Positions 1 to 10,151 of a stretch of 23,642 bases of DNA are shown piece by piece; position 1 is the first letter of the stretch; each line of letters opens with the position of its first letter. The notes beneath the pieces are model-generated. The model saw only the letters and a list, made by a program, of their open reading frames with translations, ran no database searches and was not told the origin of the DNA. This DNA is from Candidatus Krumholzibacteriota bacterium (GTDB lineage: Bacteria > Krumholzibacteriota > Krumholzibacteriia > LZORAL124-64-63). The stretch covers positions 1 to 23,642 of the forward strand of contig JBDLKA010000054.1 of assembly GCA_039714075.1 (NCBI GenBank), read 5' to 3'. The position numbers and the translations under genes were made by a program.

Positions 1-825
1 TCGGGGATCGTCACCAGCGTGGAAACCGGGCCGGACGGACGCTTCCCGCCCCTGGGCCCCATCAGCGACCTGGCCGCCATGGTCGTGGCCACCGATTCCC
101 CCGACACCCTGACCACTCCCGACGCCGAAGACAGCTTCTTCGATTTCACCACCGAACCGATTACCGCCGACACCTATGAAGGCGACATCACCATCACCCT
201 CATCACCCGCTACACCTACGAACATTTTCCCGGCGGTTGGCTGGCCGAGTACTTCGTCGGGTGGGTGCAGCTCATGACCTATACCAGTTACGCTGATGGT
301 GGATACAGACTGAGAAAATGGGACGACTACGACCTGCGGGTCTACATCCCCGAGGGAATGAACAACGATGGGGTGATCGATCTGGCCTCCGAATGCCGCG
401 AGGCCTTGGAAATCTGGAACACGGCCCTGGGCATGACCATCTTCACCGAAACCGACGATCCCTCCGAGGCGAAGATCGAGGTCCAGTACGAGGAAATGGA
501 TCTGCACTACGGAAAGGTTACACTGGATATACCCGAGGGCCATTATTTCAACGGCTGGGTCATTCCCGAAAGGGCCCTGCTCAAGGTGAATCCCGTGGTC
601 AACCATCTAAATGCCTCGAGCGTGATCCTGCACGAATTCGGCCACACGCTCTGCATGTACAGCCACAGCGGAAACCCCAACCATCTCATGAGCGTCGGGG
701 GATCCTGCTGCCTGGGTCAGGATGAAATACGGCTCGTCATCACCATCATGAATCTGCCCCAGAACTGCTTGATGAGCAATTTCGAGAAGGCGATGCCCTG
801 GCCCTGGCCTATGGGATCTCAGTAG
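1..825 (+). CDS. Zinc metalloprotease, metzincin/matrixin-like; 5'-partial
   Basis: Frame 1 is open from base 1, so the gene probably starts upstream of the window. Contains HEFGHTLCMYSH (an HExxHxxGxxH variant) followed by a Met-turn-like HLMS. The stop overlaps the convergent gene. Confidence 0.75.
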   Translation, partial: SGIVTSVETGPDGRFPPLGPISDLAAMVVATDSPDTLTTPDAEDSFFDFTTEPITADTYEGDITITLITRYTYEHFPGGWLAEYFVGWVQLMTYTSYADGGYRLRKWDDYDLRVYIPEGMNNDGVIDLASECREALEIWNTALGMTIFTETDDPSEAKIEVQYEEMDLHYGKVTLDIPEGHYFNGWVIPERALLKVNPVVNHLNASSVILHEFGHTLCMYSHSGNPNHLMSVGGSCCLGQDEIRLVITIMNLPQNCLMSNFEKAMPWPWPMGSQ

Positions 826-1520
826 GGCTGCCCGATCGCCTCGCAAAGGAACTTCACCAGCGAACCGCCCGCCTTGCACAGGCGGGCGAATTCGTCAAGG
901 AAACCCGGGGACGTGACCTGCTTCTGGGTCAGCGATGAGTAGGCGGTGAAGTCCTTCATCTTCAGAATATCGATCAAAGGATGCTCCGGATCGTAACCCT
1001 TGGGCGGGCGTTTCAGGCTGTCGCCCGACACCTGAAAATCATCACGGAATTTCTTCCCGCCGACCGCTTTTTTCCACAACCCGGGGTCGGCGACCAGAGC
1101 GTCGCGGATCAATTTCAGGGTCGGGCTGTCCGGGCGCCACAAGCCAACTCCGACGAAACAGTTTCCCGGTTGCAGGTGCAGATAGAACCCCGGCGTGTGG
1201 GCGCTCTTGCCCGCCTCGTGCCGGAAGTGCAGACCCGTGTGATCCTTGTAGGGCCGCTTGTCCTTCGAGAACCTGATATCCCGATAGATCCGGAACAGCG
1301 AACCTCCGTTGGGCCGGGGATCGGCCTTGAAATGCGGACTGATCTTCACCAGCGGCGCCCCGAAGTCCACGATGAAACGCAGGGCGGGTTCCTTGAGATC
1401 GGACAGGTAGCGGTCCTTGTTGGCGGCGAACCAGTCGCGGTTGTTGTTGGCCTCCAGTTCGCGCATGAACTTGAACACCGCGGGAGTAAAATGGTCGGCG
1501 GCCTTTGGTAACGCGGACAT
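819..1520 (-). CDS. DUF2461 family protein (TIGR02453-like)
   Basis: Motifs ANNNRDWF, LFRIYRDIRFSKDKRPYK, PGFYLHL and LKRPPKGYDPEHP are characteristic of DUF2461. Confidence 0.92.
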   Translation of the reverse strand: MSALPKAADHFTPAVFKFMRELEANNNRDWFAANKDRYLSDLKEPALRFIVDFGAPLVKISPHFKADPRPNGGSLFRIYRDIRFSKDKRPYKDHTGLHFRHEAGKSAHTPGFYLHLQPGNCFVGVGLWRPDSPTLKLIRDALVADPGLWKKAVGGKKFRDDFQVSGDSLKRPPKGYDPEHPLIDILKMKDFTAYSSLTQKQVTSPGFLDEFARLCKAGGSLVKFLCEAIGQPY

Positions 1521-1661
1521 GGCATCTCCAAGCTGGGGAAACGGGCAAATGATGTCGGGATATACTAGGAAAAATCGGGGCTAATCACCAGCCAATGCCT
1601 GGGTGGGAAATTTTCCCCAACATTTCCCTGGGGATGATTAAACCCAATTGGATCAAGGTAC

Positions 1662-1690
1662 TTGACATTATTCAAACATATGTTTAATCT
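1662..1690 (+). promoter_or_regulatory. Sigma70-type promoter of the tetR-efflux operon
   Basis: TTGACA (1662-1667), 17 nt spacer, TAATCT (1685-1690), in AT-rich intergenic DNA. Confidence 0.65.
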
Positions 1691-1718
1691 TCTTGTTTAA
1701 ATCACTCGTTGTAAACAA
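1674..1718. promoter_or_regulatory. Putative TetR operator sites
   Basis: Perfect palindrome AAACATATGTTT (1674-1685) in the promoter spacer, resembling the PsrA-type AAAC-N4-GTTT box. A second inverted repeat TTGTTTA-N12-TAAACAA lies at 1693-1718. Confidence 0.6.
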
Positions 1719-1743
1719 TCGATCAAATTCCGGGGAGAAACCC

Positions 1744-2439
1744 GTGACCGAGGACCGCCACACCACCAAGGAAAAGCTCCTGGACGCCGCCGAATGCCTT
1801 TTCGCGGAAAAAGGCTTCGAAAACGTATCCATCAGGGAGCTCGCCGCCGCCGCCGAAGTCAACGTGGCCGCGGTCAACTACCATTTCCAGGGCAAGGAGA
1901 ACCTTTTTCACGAGGTGATCATGCGCCGTTTCGTGGCCCAGAGGGACCGGACCCTGGCTGCCCTGGACGGTCTGCTGAACGCGACCGGCGGTTCCCCCCG
2001 CCTGGACCAGGTGATCGAAACCCTGGTCCGCCAGTACCTGGAGGGCTCCCTGGCCGGTCCCGGCAGCGCCAGTTTCCTGTCGCTGATGGCCCGGCAGATG
2101 CAGACCGGACACTCCCGGATGGCCGGACCCTTCTTCCGGGAAATGGTCGCCCCCGTTTTCGGCGCTTTTTCCCGGGCCATACGCACGGCGCGACCCGGCC
2201 TCGAGGACGACCAGGTGACCTGGTGCATCTCCAGCATCGTGGGACAGATTCACCATCTCATCCTGCGCTGGAAGAAACGGGAGGATCTCGAATCAGATCC
2301 CGACTCGCTGCAGATCATGTTCCGGGCCTTCCCGCCCCTCAAACTCAGCCTGCCCGAGTACATCGATCAGGTCACCGAACACATCACCCGTTTTTCCACC
2401 GCCGCCATCGACGGCCTGTACCCGGAGGTCACCAAATGA
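1744..2439 (+). CDS. TetR/AcrR family regulator (PsrA/CecR-like)
   Basis: N-terminal HTH TKEKLLDAAECLFAEKGFENVSIRELAAAAEVNVAAVNYHFQGKENL. GTG start at 1744 follows GGGGAG. Confidence 0.93.
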   Translation: MTEDRHTTKEKLLDAAECLFAEKGFENVSIRELAAAAEVNVAAVNYHFQGKENLFHEVIMRRFVAQRDRTLAALDGLLNATGGSPRLDQVIETLVRQYLEGSLAGPGSASFLSLMARQMQTGHSRMAGPFFREMVAPVFGAFSRAIRTARPGLEDDQVTWCISSIVGQIHHLILRWKKREDLESDPDSLQIMFRAFPPLKLSLPEYIDQVTEHITRFSTAAIDGLYPEVTK

Positions 2440-3956
2440 TGATCCGGTTCCTGACGTTCGGAGCCCTGCTGCTGTTGCTCGCCGGCTGCAGCGTGGGCCC
2501 CGATTACGCACGCCCCGAACTGGGCGCCGAAGTGCCCGCTGAATGGGCCGGTCAAACCCCGGAACCCGTGCCGGAGGTGACCATGGCCGACGCCCTGCCC
2601 GACACGGCGGAAAGCTCCGGCTGGCGCTGGTGGGAATCGTTCGGCGACGCGACGCTGAACAGCCTGGTCGCCGACGCGCTGGTCTACAACAACAACCTGG
2701 CCGCGGCAGCCGGCCGGGTGGCCGAAGCCCGGGCCATGCTGGGCGGAGCCAAATCGGCCCGGTGGCCCACTCTCGAGATCGGCGGCACCGCCGCCCGCAG
2801 CAAGAGCAGCGAACAGCTGACCCAGGGCTTCGGGCCCATCTATTCCAACCAGTTCTCGGCCGACGCCACCCTGCGTTACGAAGTCGACCTCTGGGGACGC
2901 TTGTCGCGCGGCAAGGAGGCCGCCCAGGCCACCCTGCTGGCCAGCGAGCAGGACCGCCGCGCCGTGGCCCAGGCCCTGATCGCCGACGTGGTCCGCGCCT
3001 GGCTGGTCATCCGCGAACTGCAGCTGCAGGTGGCCCTGACCGAACGGACCATCGCCAACTTCGGCGAAAACCTGATCACCGTCCGCGAGCGTTACCGGCG
3101 CGGTCTCGTGTCGGCGCTGGACGTGCATCTGGCCGGCCAGAACCTGGCGGCCGCCCAGGCGGCCGATCCCGCCTTCCGCCAGGAACTCGCTTCGGCCCGG
3201 CGCCGCCTGGAAATCCTGGCCGGCCGTTATCCGGCCGGCGACCTGGCCGCCAGCGATCTCGAAGGACCCGGCGGTTCCCTTACCCTGGAACTCATGCCCG
3301 ATCCCCTGGACACGGTGCCGGCCGGGTTGCCGTCGGACCTGCTCGAACGCCGGCCCGACCTGATGGCCGCCGAAATGCGGCTGCACTCCTCGGTGGCCCG
3401 CGTCGGCGAGGCCAAGGCCGCGCTCTATCCCCGGATCATGTTGACCGCATCCGGCGGATCGAAATCAGCGGACCTGTCGGACCTGTTCACTTCCGGTTCG
3501 GACTTCTGGTCCCTGGCCGGAAACCTGTTCATGCCGCTGATCAACCGCGGCGCTACCAAGGCCCAGATCAAGGCCGCCGAAGCCCGCGTCACGCAAGCGA
3601 CGGCCGGTTACCGCCAGTCGATCCTGGTCGCCTTCAGCGAGGTGGAAAACGCGCTTGACCAGGACCTCTATCAGGCCGAGCAGGAGGAATACCTCGCCGA
3701 CTCGGCCGAACAGGCGCGGCGCGCGGTGAACCTGGCCCAGGACCGTTACCGGCGGGGTCTGGACAGCCTCCTGATCACCCTCGAATCGCAGCGCCGGCTG
3801 TTCAACGCCGAAAGCCAGCTGTTGAAGACACAAAGGGCGCGGCGTTCGGCCCGCGTCAATCTCATCCAGGCCCTCGGCGGCCCGTGGGATCCCGATCCCG
3901 CCACCACCGACATCAGCATGAACCGTGCAGATTCCAATGAAGGAGCCCAACAGTGA
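2436..3956 (+). CDS. Outer-membrane efflux lipoprotein (NodT/OprM/TolC family)
   Basis: Likely start is ATG 2436 (ATGA overlap with tetR). Lipobox LLAGC then SVGPDY; motifs WWESFGD, YEVDLWGRL, PAGLPSDLLERRPD and C-terminal ALGGPW. Confidence 0.95.
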   Translation: MMIRFLTFGALLLLLAGCSVGPDYARPELGAEVPAEWAGQTPEPVPEVTMADALPDTAESSGWRWWESFGDATLNSLVADALVYNNNLAAAAGRVAEARAMLGGAKSARWPTLEIGGTAARSKSSEQLTQGFGPIYSNQFSADATLRYEVDLWGRLSRGKEAAQATLLASEQDRRAVAQALIADVVRAWLVIRELQLQVALTERTIANFGENLITVRERYRRGLVSALDVHLAGQNLAAAQAADPAFRQELASARRRLEILAGRYPAGDLAASDLEGPGGSLTLELMPDPLDTVPAGLPSDLLERRPDLMAAEMRLHSSVARVGEAKAALYPRIMLTASGGSKSADLSDLFTSGSDFWSLAGNLFMPLINRGATKAQIKAAEARVTQATAGYRQSILVAFSEVENALDQDLYQAEQEEYLADSAEQARRAVNLAQDRYRRGLDSLLITLESQRRLFNAESQLLKTQRARRSARVNLIQALGGPWDPDPATTDISMNRADSNEGAQQ

Positions 3957-5176
3957 GCGCCAAGACACTTCGCAACTGCATGACCGCCACGATCATCGTG
4001 ATCCTGGGCGCGGCCATGGCCATGGCCCTGGTCAAGCTGGGCAAGAAACCCGAGCGCAAAGCCCCGCCGCAGTCCCGCCCGGTGGTCTCCGCCTTCACCG
4101 TTGCCCCGGGGACCGAAAAGATCCGGGTGATATCCTTCGGGTCGGTCAAGGCCAAGCGGTCGATCAACGTGGTTCCCCGCGTGAACGGCGAGGTGGTGGA
4201 AAAATCGCCCCACTTCGAGGCCGGCGGTTACTTCACCGCGGGACAGACCCTGCTGAGGATCGACGACACGGATTACATCCTGGCCGCGGAACAGGCGCGG
4301 GCCAACGTGGCCCAGTCGGAATACAACCTGGCGCGGGCCGAGGAAGAGGCCCAGGTGGCCCAGCGCGAATGGGAACGCATCGGCAACGCCGGCATGGATC
4401 CCGACGCCTCCGGTGAACCGACCGCCCTGGTCATGCACGAGCCCCAGCTGAAACTGGCGCGGGCCAACCTGAAGTCGGCCAAGGCGGCCCTGGACCAGGC
4501 CGAACTCAACCTCAAGCGCTGCACCCTCAGCGCGCCCTTCGACGGGCGGGTGCTCGACTCGGCGGTCGATGCCGGGCAGTTCATCCGGTCCGGAACCTCC
4601 CTGGGTACGATCTACGCCACCGACATCGCCGAGGTGACCGTCACCATCGCCGACGACGACCTGGCCTGGATCACCGTTAATTACGACGCCGCGGACGGCG
4701 GGGCGCCCGTCGACGTCAGCGCCGACTTCGCGGGCGACCGGCACCACTGGCAGGGCCGGGCGGTGCGGCTCGGCGGCGCCGTCGACAACCGCAGCCGGCT
4801 GGTGTCGGTGGTGGTGGAAATCCCCAACCCCTACGAACGTTCGGCCAACCGGCCCCCGCTGATCGAGGGCATGTTCGTGGACGTCCTGTTCCAGACCGAT
4901 CCTCCCGCCGGTGCGGTGGTCATCCCGCGGACCGCGCTGCGACCCGGCGACCAGGTGTGGGTGGTCGATGAAGAGCGCAACCTGAGGATTCGCGACGTCC
5001 AGGTGGCCCGGGCCGGCGTGGAGCAGGCCATCATCACCGAGGGACTGGCTTCGGGAGACAGGATCTGCACCAGCAATCTGCAGTACGTCACCGAGGGCAT
5101 GCCCGTGCGGGTGGAAGGCGATCCGGTTCCGGCCGCGGAAAAACCCGGGCCCGACGGCAAAAAGGGCGGTGAATGA
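3953..5176 (+). CDS. RND efflux periplasmic adaptor (membrane fusion protein)
   Basis: N-terminal TM helix, VVPRVNGEVV lipoyl-like half, coiled-coil hairpin, APFDGRV, GMFVDV and VIPRTAL. GTGA overlap with the upstream gene. Confidence 0.95.
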   Translation: MSAKTLRNCMTATIIVILGAAMAMALVKLGKKPERKAPPQSRPVVSAFTVAPGTEKIRVISFGSVKAKRSINVVPRVNGEVVEKSPHFEAGGYFTAGQTLLRIDDTDYILAAEQARANVAQSEYNLARAEEEAQVAQREWERIGNAGMDPDASGEPTALVMHEPQLKLARANLKSAKAALDQAELNLKRCTLSAPFDGRVLDSAVDAGQFIRSGTSLGTIYATDIAEVTVTIADDDLAWITVNYDAADGGAPVDVSADFAGDRHHWQGRAVRLGGAVDNRSRLVSVVVEIPNPYERSANRPPLIEGMFVDVLFQTDPPAGAVVIPRTALRPGDQVWVVDEERNLRIRDVQVARAGVEQAIITEGLASGDRICTSNLQYVTEGMPVRVEGDPVPAAEKPGPDGKKGGE

Positions 5177-8100
5177 TGAATGGAATGATCCGTTGGTTCT
5201 CCACCAACCATGTGGCCGCCAACCTGCTGATGTTCCTGATCATCGCCGCGGGCATCATGGCGGCCCTGTCCATCAAGCAGGAAGTTTTTCCCGAGATCGA
5301 ACTGGACATGATCACCATCCAGGTGCCCTACCTCGGGGCCACTCCCGCTGAAGTCGAAGAAGGTGTCTGCGTCCGGGTCGAGGAAAGCGTCCAGGGCGTG
5401 GACGGCATCAAGAGGATGACCTCGTCATCTTCAGAAGGCATGGGTGTGATCAGCCTGGAGCTGGAAACCAGCACCGACAAGCGCAAGGCGCTCGATGACG
5501 TGAAGGCGGAGGTGGACCGCATCATCACCTTCCCCGAAGAGACCGAAAAACCCATCGTCTCGCTGGTGGAACGGCGCACCCAGGTGGTCGACGTGGTCCT
5601 GTCCGGCAACACCACCGAACGCACCCTCAAACTTCTGGCCGATAAGGTGCGCGACGACCTGTTGGCTCTCGACGAGGTGACCTACACGGTGGTCGGCGGC
5701 ACGCGTCCTTTCGAAATCTCGATCGAAGTCAGCGAACGCGACCTGCAGGCCTACGGCCTGACCCTCGGCCAGATCACCCAGGCGGTCAAGGCCAACAGCC
5801 TGGACCTTCCGGGCGGCAGCGTGAAGACCGACGTGGGTGAAATCCTGGTGCGCACCAAGGGGCAGCGTTACACCGGCGAGGAGTTCGGACAAATCGTTGT
5901 TATCACCGCCCCGGACGGCACCAAGGTGACCCTGGACAGTATCGCCACCATTCGCGACGGCTTCGAGGACATCGATGTGGCTTCCTACCTCGACGGGCAG
6001 GCCGCCGCCAATATCCAGGTCTACCGCACGGGCGACCAGGGCGTGCTCAAGGTGACCCGGGCGGTCAAGAAGTATGTCGCGGAGATGCAGGACCAGCTGC
6101 CCCCGGGCATCAGCATCAATACCTGGAACGATCGTTCCACCGTCTACAAGAGCCGCATGGATCTGCTGCTCAAGAACGGCATCGTGGGTCTGATCCTGGT
6201 GTTCCTGTGCCTGGCCCTGGCCCTGCAGTTCCGCCTGGCGCTGTGGGTCAGCCTGGGGATCGGCATCAGCTTCCTGGGAGCCTTCTGGGTGCTGCCCCAG
6301 TTCGGCGTGTCCCTGAACATGATCTCGATGTTCGCCTTCATCGTGTCGCTGGGTATCGTCGTGGACGACGCCATCGTGGTGGGTGAAAACATCTACTCCT
6401 GGCGCGAAAAAGGGTACAAGGCCCAGGAGGCCGCGACCCGCGGCGTGCTTGAAGTCGGCATGCCGGTGACCTTGGCCGTGATGACGACGGTGGTGGCCTT
6501 CATGCCCCTGGCCAACGTCGAGGGCATGATGGGCAAGTTCATGTACAACATCCCGGTGGTCGTCATCTCGATCCTGCTGTTTTCCCTGGTCGAATCCCTC
6601 TTGATCCTGCCCTCCCACCTGGCCACCCTCAGGGTTTCCGAACCCGGGGAGGAAAACTTCGGCCCCCGCTGGTACAGCCGCATGAAGAACAGGATCGACA
6701 CCTGGCTGCATGACTTCGTCGAAGGTCCCTACCGCTCTACCCTCACCTTCGCGCTTGCGCATCGTCCCATCGTGATGGCGGTGGCGGTCGCATCCCTGGT
6801 GGTGACCAGCGGATTCGTCGCCGGTGGGCACCTTAAATTCACCTTCATGCCCAAGGTCGACGCCGACAATCTGGTGGCCGCCCTGACCCTGCCCCAGGGC
6901 ACGACGGTGGAAGACGCCCAGAAGGCCGTCGACCAGTTGGAAGCGTCCCTGGAAAAACTGCGAACCGAATACGACGACAAGCGCCCTGCGGGTGATTCGG
7001 TCATCACCCACGTGCAGACCTCCATCGGCTCCCAGCCGCGGTCCGAACGGTCCGGACCGGGGGGCGGCTCGTCCGGCACCGCCGCCCGGGGCGCCCATCT
7101 GGTCGAAGTCAACGCCGAACTGATGAAGGCGGAGATCCGCAACATCCCCAGCCCGGAGCTGGCCCGTCGGTGGCGGGAACTATGCGGGCCGGTCACCGGC
7201 GCGGTATCCCTGACCTTCAGCGCCGATCTTTTCCACGGCGGCGACCCCATCTATGTCCAACTCTCCTCCCCCGACACGGAGGACCTGCTGGTCGCGGCCC
7301 AGGAACTCAAATCCCAGCTGACCGAGTTCCCCGGCGTAATCGACATCGCCGACAGCTTCCGCGAAGGCAAGGTCGAGGTGAAGCTGAACCTCATGCCCGA
7401 AGCCCGCACCCTGGGTCTGACCCTGGCCGATCTGGCCCGGCAGGTCCGACGTGGTTTCTACGGTGACGAGGCCATGCGCATCCAGCGGGGCCGCGACGAG
7501 GTCAAGGTCATGATCCGCTATCCCGAAAGCGAGCGGCGGTCCCTGGGCAACATCGAATCCATGCGTGTCCGCACCCCGGCCGGCGACGAGGTTCCCTTCA
7601 GCCGGGTGGCCACCGTCGAGATCGGCCGCGGCTTCGCCACCATCGAACGCGCGGACCGGCACCGGACCGTCTCGGTCACCAGCGACGTGGACCAGGAGAT
7701 CACCAACGCCGACGAGGTCAACGACATCCTGCGCGGCGAGATCCTGCCCGACCTCATGGCCGCCCATCCGGGGCTGCGCTACAGCATGGAAGGCGAACAG
7801 AAGCAGCAGGCCGAAGCCATGGGCAGCCTCAAGCGCGGTTTCGCCCTGGCGGTCCTGATGATCTATATCCTGCTGGCGGTGCTGTTCAAATCCTACGCCC
7901 AGCCGGTCATCGTCATGTCGGCCATCCCCTTCGGCCTGGTCGGCGCCATGTGGGGCCACATCCTGATGGGCCTGGACCTGACCCTGATCAGCATGTTCGG
8001 CGTGGTCGCCCTGACGGGCGTGGTGGTCAACGATTCGCTGATCATGATCGATTTCATCAATCGCGCCCGGCGCAGCGGCATGACCCCCGGCCAGGCCGTC

Positions 8101-8367
8101 ATAGAATCGGGCGTCCGGCGTTTCCGGCCGATCATGCTGACCTCGCTGACCACGTTCGCCGGCCTGACCCCGCTGCTGCTGGAAAAGAGCCTGCAGGCCA
8201 AGTTCCTGATTCCCATGGCCACCAGCCTGGGCTTCGGCGTCGTGTTCGCGACCTTCATCACGCTGGTTTTGATTCCCGTCTCATATTCGCTGCTGACGGG
8301 TTTCAAGCTGCGGCTGGGGATGAAAGACGAATACGCGGTGGTGACCGAACCGGACGAGGCGGCCTGA
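5173..8367 (+). CDS. RND efflux permease (AcrB/AcrD/AcrF family)
   Basis: 1064 aa with two TM blocks; motifs EVFPEI, GIVVDDAIVVGENI, GVVVNDSLIM and RFRPIMLTSLTT. Confidence 0.96.
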   Translation: MMNGMIRWFSTNHVAANLLMFLIIAAGIMAALSIKQEVFPEIELDMITIQVPYLGATPAEVEEGVCVRVEESVQGVDGIKRMTSSSSEGMGVISLELETSTDKRKALDDVKAEVDRIITFPEETEKPIVSLVERRTQVVDVVLSGNTTERTLKLLADKVRDDLLALDEVTYTVVGGTRPFEISIEVSERDLQAYGLTLGQITQAVKANSLDLPGGSVKTDVGEILVRTKGQRYTGEEFGQIVVITAPDGTKVTLDSIATIRDGFEDIDVASYLDGQAAANIQVYRTGDQGVLKVTRAVKKYVAEMQDQLPPGISINTWNDRSTVYKSRMDLLLKNGIVGLILVFLCLALALQFRLALWVSLGIGISFLGAFWVLPQFGVSLNMISMFAFIVSLGIVVDDAIVVGENIYSWREKGYKAQEAATRGVLEVGMPVTLAVMTTVVAFMPLANVEGMMGKFMYNIPVVVISILLFSLVESLLILPSHLATLRVSEPGEENFGPRWYSRMKNRIDTWLHDFVEGPYRSTLTFALAHRPIVMAVAVASLVVTSGFVAGGHLKFTFMPKVDADNLVAALTLPQGTTVEDAQKAVDQLEASLEKLRTEYDDKRPAGDSVITHVQTSIGSQPRSERSGPGGGSSGTAARGAHLVEVNAELMKAEIRNIPSPELARRWRELCGPVTGAVSLTFSADLFHGGDPIYVQLSSPDTEDLLVAAQELKSQLTEFPGVIDIADSFREGKVEVKLNLMPEARTLGLTLADLARQVRRGFYGDEAMRIQRGRDEVKVMIRYPESERRSLGNIESMRVRTPAGDEVPFSRVATVEIGRGFATIERADRHRTVSVTSDVDQEITNADEVNDILRGEILPDLMAAHPGLRYSMEGEQKQQAEAMGSLKRGFALAVLMIYILLAVLFKSYAQPVIVMSAIPFGLVGAMWGHILMGLDLTLISMFGVVALTGVVVNDSLIMIDFINRARRSGMTPGQAVIESGVRRFRPIMLTSLTTFAGLTPLLLEKSLQAKFLIPMATSLGFGVVFATFITLVLIPVSYSLLTGFKLRLGMKDEYAVVTEPDEAA

Positions 8368-8378
8368 TCCGAAATCAA

Positions 8379-8400
8379 GAGGGCCCCCCGGGGGGCCCTC
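8379..8400. terminator. Perfect 22-bp GC palindrome after the efflux operon (terminator-like or REP-like)
   Basis: GAGGGCCCCCC/GGGGGGCCCTC begins 12 nt after the stop; only a weak U-tract follows. Confidence 0.5.
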
Positions 8401-8486
8401 CCTCTGTTGTGCACGAACTCCTCCGTCCCTACGTTCAATGTTCAGGGATGATCCATTGCTGCGTTCAGCAAGTGAGAGGTTCTTTC

Positions 8487-10022
8487 ATGACCAAAAAATT
8501 TGCCGTTTTTAATCCGGTCCTGTTTTTCCTTTTCCTTGCCACATTCTCCAGTTCCTCCTTCCCGGCCGGTGAAAATGCCATTCCGCATTCCCGGGCCCCT
8601 GCGGATTCCAGCTTCATCGCAGCATACCTTTCCCAACCTGAAGACACCCTTGAATCATGTCGGAAATCGGCCGAGGAAATTTCGGATGGAGCACGGAAAT
8701 CCACCCACGGGCCCCAGCGAAAGGATCTCCTGGCAAGGGCCGCGGCCCAGGACCCGGCACGGACACGGTATTGGCTGGACCTGGCCGAAACAGAAATGGA
8801 AATGGGATACTTCGAAGAGGCGGAAGCCTCTCTCGCCTCGGCGCGAGCGACGATTGATTTCCTGTCGGGAAAGGACCGCAAAGAGGCCATCCGGAACTAC
8901 TCCGTCGGCAAAAGCTGGTTCCATTTCGAAATGGGAAACTGGGAAGACGGGCTCCAATGGGCCGAACAGGCGGTGAAATACAAGGCGGGCATTGAAGGAT
9001 ATCTTTTGGCCGGGTTGAACAGCGCCTACTCCTCCAAGTCGTTTGAGGAGCTGAGGAAAACCACCTCCGGGCTGCGGCCCCTGTCACAGGGAGGCAATCG
9101 CCGGCAGAATCTATCCTGGTGTTACCTCCTTCATTTCTATTTTCACGACTACTTGTTCGATGGGACCGACGCCGCTGTCTGGTTGAGAAAAACCACCCAC
9201 CATTACCAGAAGGATGTTTCCCGGTGGCGCGATTACGGGATCTACTGCGAAGCCAACCAGTCCGCCAAACTTGCCGTGGAGTACTATTCAAAAAGCCACC
9301 GGGCCCTGCGGTTCAAAGACGGTGGCTGGCTTACCGGCATGGAGCATCCCATCCCCCCGGATAGGGCATCACCAACGGTCATGCCGTTCTGGATCAATGC
9401 GGATCAGGAATTCGTGACCGGATCCCTTCTTGCCTACATGAGCTATTTCCAACTCCAGATGGCCACCGCGGAATCACATGCAGCGCGCCACGATCTCGCC
9501 GCCCGGATCCTGACATATGCCAACAGGACCTACCGGCGTTATCCGGATTATCCCTGGGTTCCCCTGTGGCTCAGCGAAGCCCTCCTGGTGCTCGGCCAAC
9601 CCCTGGAGGCTGAAAACACCATCGAAAAGGCCCGCGCGTCCTTCGAAGCGCTGGAGATAACCGAACCCCATCTCGACCGGGTCCATGGGCACATCCTTCT
9701 TTTACGGAAAAACGCCGGTCGTGCCGAACCCATGGTCCGCAGGGCAGTGTCCCGCTTTCCGGCCGACGGTGCCTGCTGGACCGACCTCGGACTGGTTGAA
9801 GTGATGTCCGGCAACCGGACCGCTGCCCGGGAGGCCTTCGACAAGGCCCTGGAGTTGGATCCGGGCCTGGTCACGGCCTGGTACAACCGCGGTTTGATGA
9901 ATATGCACGAGGGCCTGTTCGAAGAAGCTGTTTCGGATATCGAGCGGGCCAATAACCTGGATCCCGACGACGCCGAGATCACCGGATTGCTGGAGCAGTT
10001 GAAAAGGATACTCTCCAGGTAA
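8487..10022 (+). CDS. Secreted tetratricopeptide-repeat protein
   Basis: Likely start is ATG 8487 after GAGAGG, then a signal-like MTKKFAVFNPVLFFLFLATF. C-terminal TPRs include AREAFDKALELDPGLVTAWYNRG and AVSDIERANNLDPDD. Confidence 0.8.
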   Translation: MTKKFAVFNPVLFFLFLATFSSSSFPAGENAIPHSRAPADSSFIAAYLSQPEDTLESCRKSAEEISDGARKSTHGPQRKDLLARAAAQDPARTRYWLDLAETEMEMGYFEEAEASLASARATIDFLSGKDRKEAIRNYSVGKSWFHFEMGNWEDGLQWAEQAVKYKAGIEGYLLAGLNSAYSSKSFEELRKTTSGLRPLSQGGNRRQNLSWCYLLHFYFHDYLFDGTDAAVWLRKTTHHYQKDVSRWRDYGIYCEANQSAKLAVEYYSKSHRALRFKDGGWLTGMEHPIPPDRASPTVMPFWINADQEFVTGSLLAYMSYFQLQMATAESHAARHDLAARILTYANRTYRRYPDYPWVPLWLSEALLVLGQPLEAENTIEKARASFEALEITEPHLDRVHGHILLLRKNAGRAEPMVRRAVSRFPADGACWTDLGLVEVMSGNRTAAREAFDKALELDPGLVTAWYNRGLMNMHEGLFEEAVSDIERANNLDPDDAEITGLLEQLKRILSR

Positions 10023-10063
10023 CAGGTAGCCCGACGAAGGCGAACGCGGTGGCGGCCGGCCGT

Positions 10064-10093
10064 TTGACACCCCCCCTCTGTATGGTATATGAT
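10064..10093 (+). promoter_or_regulatory. Putative sigma70 promoter for the paralog pair
   Basis: TTGACA (10064-10069), 18 nt spacer, TATGAT (10088-10093). Confidence 0.5.
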
Positions 10094-10151
10094 GCAGTTT
10101 ATGAAATAATGTTTTCGAAAAGTCTCCCAAACCCAATCCGGGAGGATATCC

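Noticed and set aside
1794..2435. N-terminal extension of the 720-aa ORF
   Set aside because: It is a shadow frame over tetR; the lipoprotein signal starts at ATG 2436.
7950..8486. N-terminal extension of the 690-aa TPR ORF
   Set aside because: It overlaps the RND gene and the palindrome; the RBS and signal peptide point to 8487.
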